Of a stretch of DNA of 17,556 nt, positions 16,859 through 17,556 are shown piece by piece. Under the pieces are notes generated by a model, which ran no database searches, was not told the DNA's origin, and saw only the letters and a program-made list of their open reading frames with translations. The position numbers and the translations under genes are program-made. Source of the stretch: Chthonomonadales bacterium (GTDB lineage Bacteria; Armatimonadota; Chthonomonadetes; Chthonomonadales; Chthonomonadaceae); NCBI GenBank assembly GCA_038217285.1, contig JBBQPO010000119.1:1-17556 (forward strand), read 5' to 3'. Every line of letters begins with the position of its first letter. The first letter of the stretch is position 1.

Positions 16859-16876
16859 TCGCGCGGATAGATGCAG

Positions 16877-16922
16877 ACAGCATTCGGCCCACAGGTTTTT
16901 GCCTGTGGGCCGAATGCTGTTT
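16877..16922. terminator. 19-bp perfect hairpin between convergent genes, probable terminator
   Basis: acagcattcggcccacagg-tttttg-cctgtgggccgaatgctgt followed by tt. It lies between the stops at 16858 (+) and 16948 (-). Confidence 0.7.
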
Positions 16923-16947
16923 GAGAAGATTGGGAGAGAGCCACCGG

Positions 16948-17220
16948 TCAGCGTACAGGGCTGATCTTCGTAGCGTTTGCCACTACCGACAGAGGCGACA
17001 CACCGGGCGTGAAATTCGCGGCGAAGGTTGCTTGGGTCGTGACACCAGGCGCGGTCATGACCGGACCTGTGCCCTGCTTCGGAGCGCTCTTGGTGGCGCT
17101 ATGGAACAGGGGCAGGCTGATACCCGTCAGGACCATCATCATCAGTCCAACGGTCAGCATGTCGGTGCAAGAGAAACCTTTGCGGTTCGGAGAAGCAGAA
17201 AGCGGTCGAATCGAAAACAT
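16948..17220 (-). CDS. Small protein with a degenerate type IV prepilin-like N-terminus
   Basis: Strong AAGGAGG RBS. RKG-FSCTDMLTVGLMMMVLTGISLPLF resembles the G-FTLIELLVVIAIIAILAAILFPVF pattern. Confidence 0.6.
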   Translation of the reverse strand: MFSIRPLSASPNRKGFSCTDMLTVGLMMMVLTGISLPLFHSATKSAPKQGTGPVMTAPGVTTQATFAANFTPGVSPLSVVANATKISPVR

Positions 17221-17416
17221 ACGTGCCTCCTTCTAGAGACGCAATGCGAAGATCGTGTCCCCCTGGAAAAGCCTGGGCGACCTTCACACTCTTATTCTAT
17301 TCGACCGACCGGGAAAGCGCCTCTGCTAAATGGCATATTTTGTGCCGACGATCCCTCACAAACAAGGTTTTTGCCCGAAATCGACGTAGATGTGGGCGGG
17401 CAATAGTGCTAAAGGC

Positions 17417-17556
17417 GTTACTGTCTAGCCTGGAGCGACAGGCTCGGGCGATCCCCGAAAGACGCCTTCCAGAGCGGTCAGGATATTCTTGCCCTGTTTG
17501 CGTAATGTCGAGAGATAACTGCGCAGACGACAGAAACCCTCGGCACCCGGCAAGGT
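17417..17556 (-). mobile_element. Right end of an IS66-family (ISBst12-like) element, with transposase C-terminus at 17425..>17556
   Basis: The minus strand reads TLPGAEGFCRLRSYLSTLRKQGKNILTALEGVFRGSPEPVAPG*, matching the IS66 'GA..FCR.RSY.ST.RKQG.N.L.AL' tail. An IR-like gttactgtctagc lies at 17417-17429. Confidence 0.8.

Noticed and set aside
16921-17406. 161-aa plus-strand ORF
   Set aside because: It has a TTG start at a terminator edge and no RBS, and it lies antisense to the RBS-supported prepilin-like gene.

Overview
A GC-rich bacterial fragment (possibly Armatimonadota or PVC-like, which is a tentative inference from gene style). It starts inside a probable IS1-family element and ends inside an IS66-family element. 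There are three blocks. (1) 217-2945: a tight operon encoding a non-canonical Lgt-family membrane protein, a zinc-ribbon membrane protein, a COG1964/Tes (tetraether synthase, GDGT-MAS)-like radical SAM enzyme and a small membrane protein. (2) About 3140-12912: an accessory defence island encoding a PLD-nuclease/SNF2-helicase fusion, a large type IIG/Eco57I-like adenine methyltransferase with a low-GC specificity region, an ABC/AAA ATPase and a DUF4276 TOPRIM-like protein. It also holds a stand-alone IS200/IS605-type HUH transposase flanked by inverted double-hairpin REP-like units, with a non-autonomous copy of those units between the helicase and MTase genes. A 29-bp direct repeat brackets the island and short tandem repeats lie at both borders. 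(3) 12977-17220: a conserved hypothetical protein, a Gfo/Idh/MocA oxidoreductase, an esterase-gluconolactonase fusion, a small exported protein and a degenerate prepilin-like gene.
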